From contig JBFWNU010000001.1 in the NCBI GenBank assembly GCA_050250895.1, positions 1,672,008 through 1,736,007 on the forward strand: a stretch of 64,000 bases of DNA, given 5' to 3'. Position 1 is the first letter of the stretch; every line of letters starts with the position of its first letter. This DNA is from Vulcanimicrobiota bacterium (lineage in GTDB: Bacteria; Vulcanimicrobiota; Xenobia; Xenobiales; JADMJV01). This document shows, piece by piece, positions 63,680 to 64,000 of the stretch. A model generated the notes under the pieces. It had not been told where the DNA came from. It did not search any database and worked only from the letters and a program-made list of their open reading frames with translations. Both the position numbers and the translations under genes were made by a program.

Positions 63680-63916
63680 ATGGCAACTCAGAACATAAAG
63701 CTACAGTTCAATATCCCCCCCGACTGGCTGCCCCTCATCGCCCAGCATTGCGAGGCTGAGGGCATCGACCCGAACCCGCCCAGGGGCCGTACTGGTGGGC
63801 CCGCCGAATGGGTGCGCCGGCTCATCGCCCGCGAGTTGGGCATCGAAACCCCGATGGATCCCCACATCCAGCAATCGTTGGAGTTAAGCGGGAAGTTGAG
63901 AGGGGTAAGGTCGTGA
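63680..63916 (+). CDS. Small RHH-like DNA-binding protein
   Basis: IKLQFNIPPDWLPLI...PAEWVRRLIARELG. Confidence 0.5.
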   Translation: MATQNIKLQFNIPPDWLPLIAQHCEAEGIDPNPPRGRTGGPAEWVRRLIARELGIETPMDPHIQQSLELSGKLRGVRS

Positions 63917-64000
63917 GCAATCCAGTTGAGCGGCCCGATCTCTTTGTGGCGCCCCGTGTCGTACACTGCTCTGAGCACCGAATCAATTTTATGCAGCGCT

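Larger units (their letters stand above)
60801..64000. mobile_element. End of an integrated element (island or prophage) inserted at tRNA-Lys; extends beyond window
   Basis: att-like tRNA fragment, visibly lower GC, orphan ORFs and small RHH-like genes. Confidence 0.7.

Overview
High-GC bacterial chromosomal window. The protein families suggest Ca. Eremiobacterota/Vulcanimicrobiota (inference, not verified). From left to right it holds: (1) the 3' part of a eukaryote-like ubiquitination operon (JAB/MPN isopeptidase, membrane FHA protein, membrane RING-type zinc finger, E2/UBC); (2) enzymes and hypothetical proteins; (3) four minor-pilin/pseudopilin genes converging on a REC-BTAD regulator, a histidine kinase and a GAF-PilC/GspF fusion; (4) acidic, probably exported proteins (LysM-like, RTX-like, EF-hand), one ending in an AvrB/AvrC-like Fido domain; (5) a type II FAS/PKS-like cluster (KS, KS-like partner, FabZ-like DH, three SDRs) with a Tes/GDGT-MAS-like radical SAM enzyme and an embedded trpS; (6) a hybrid kinase, a 1406-aa coiled-coil protein, nhaC-family antiporter, speA and RNase HI; (7) a PlpX-like splicease radical SAM gene coupled to a precursor with eight PMYG motifs; (8) a tRNA-Lys(CTT) 3' fragment marking the att boundary of an integrated element that runs off the right end and carries a type I toxin-like peptide. 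In non-coding DNA, a TTTACA-N5-TTAACA-type direct repeat recurs at a near-fixed distance upstream of -10 boxes, and there is a candidate sRNA of about 65 nt. All family calls rest on motifs recognised by eye; no searches were run.
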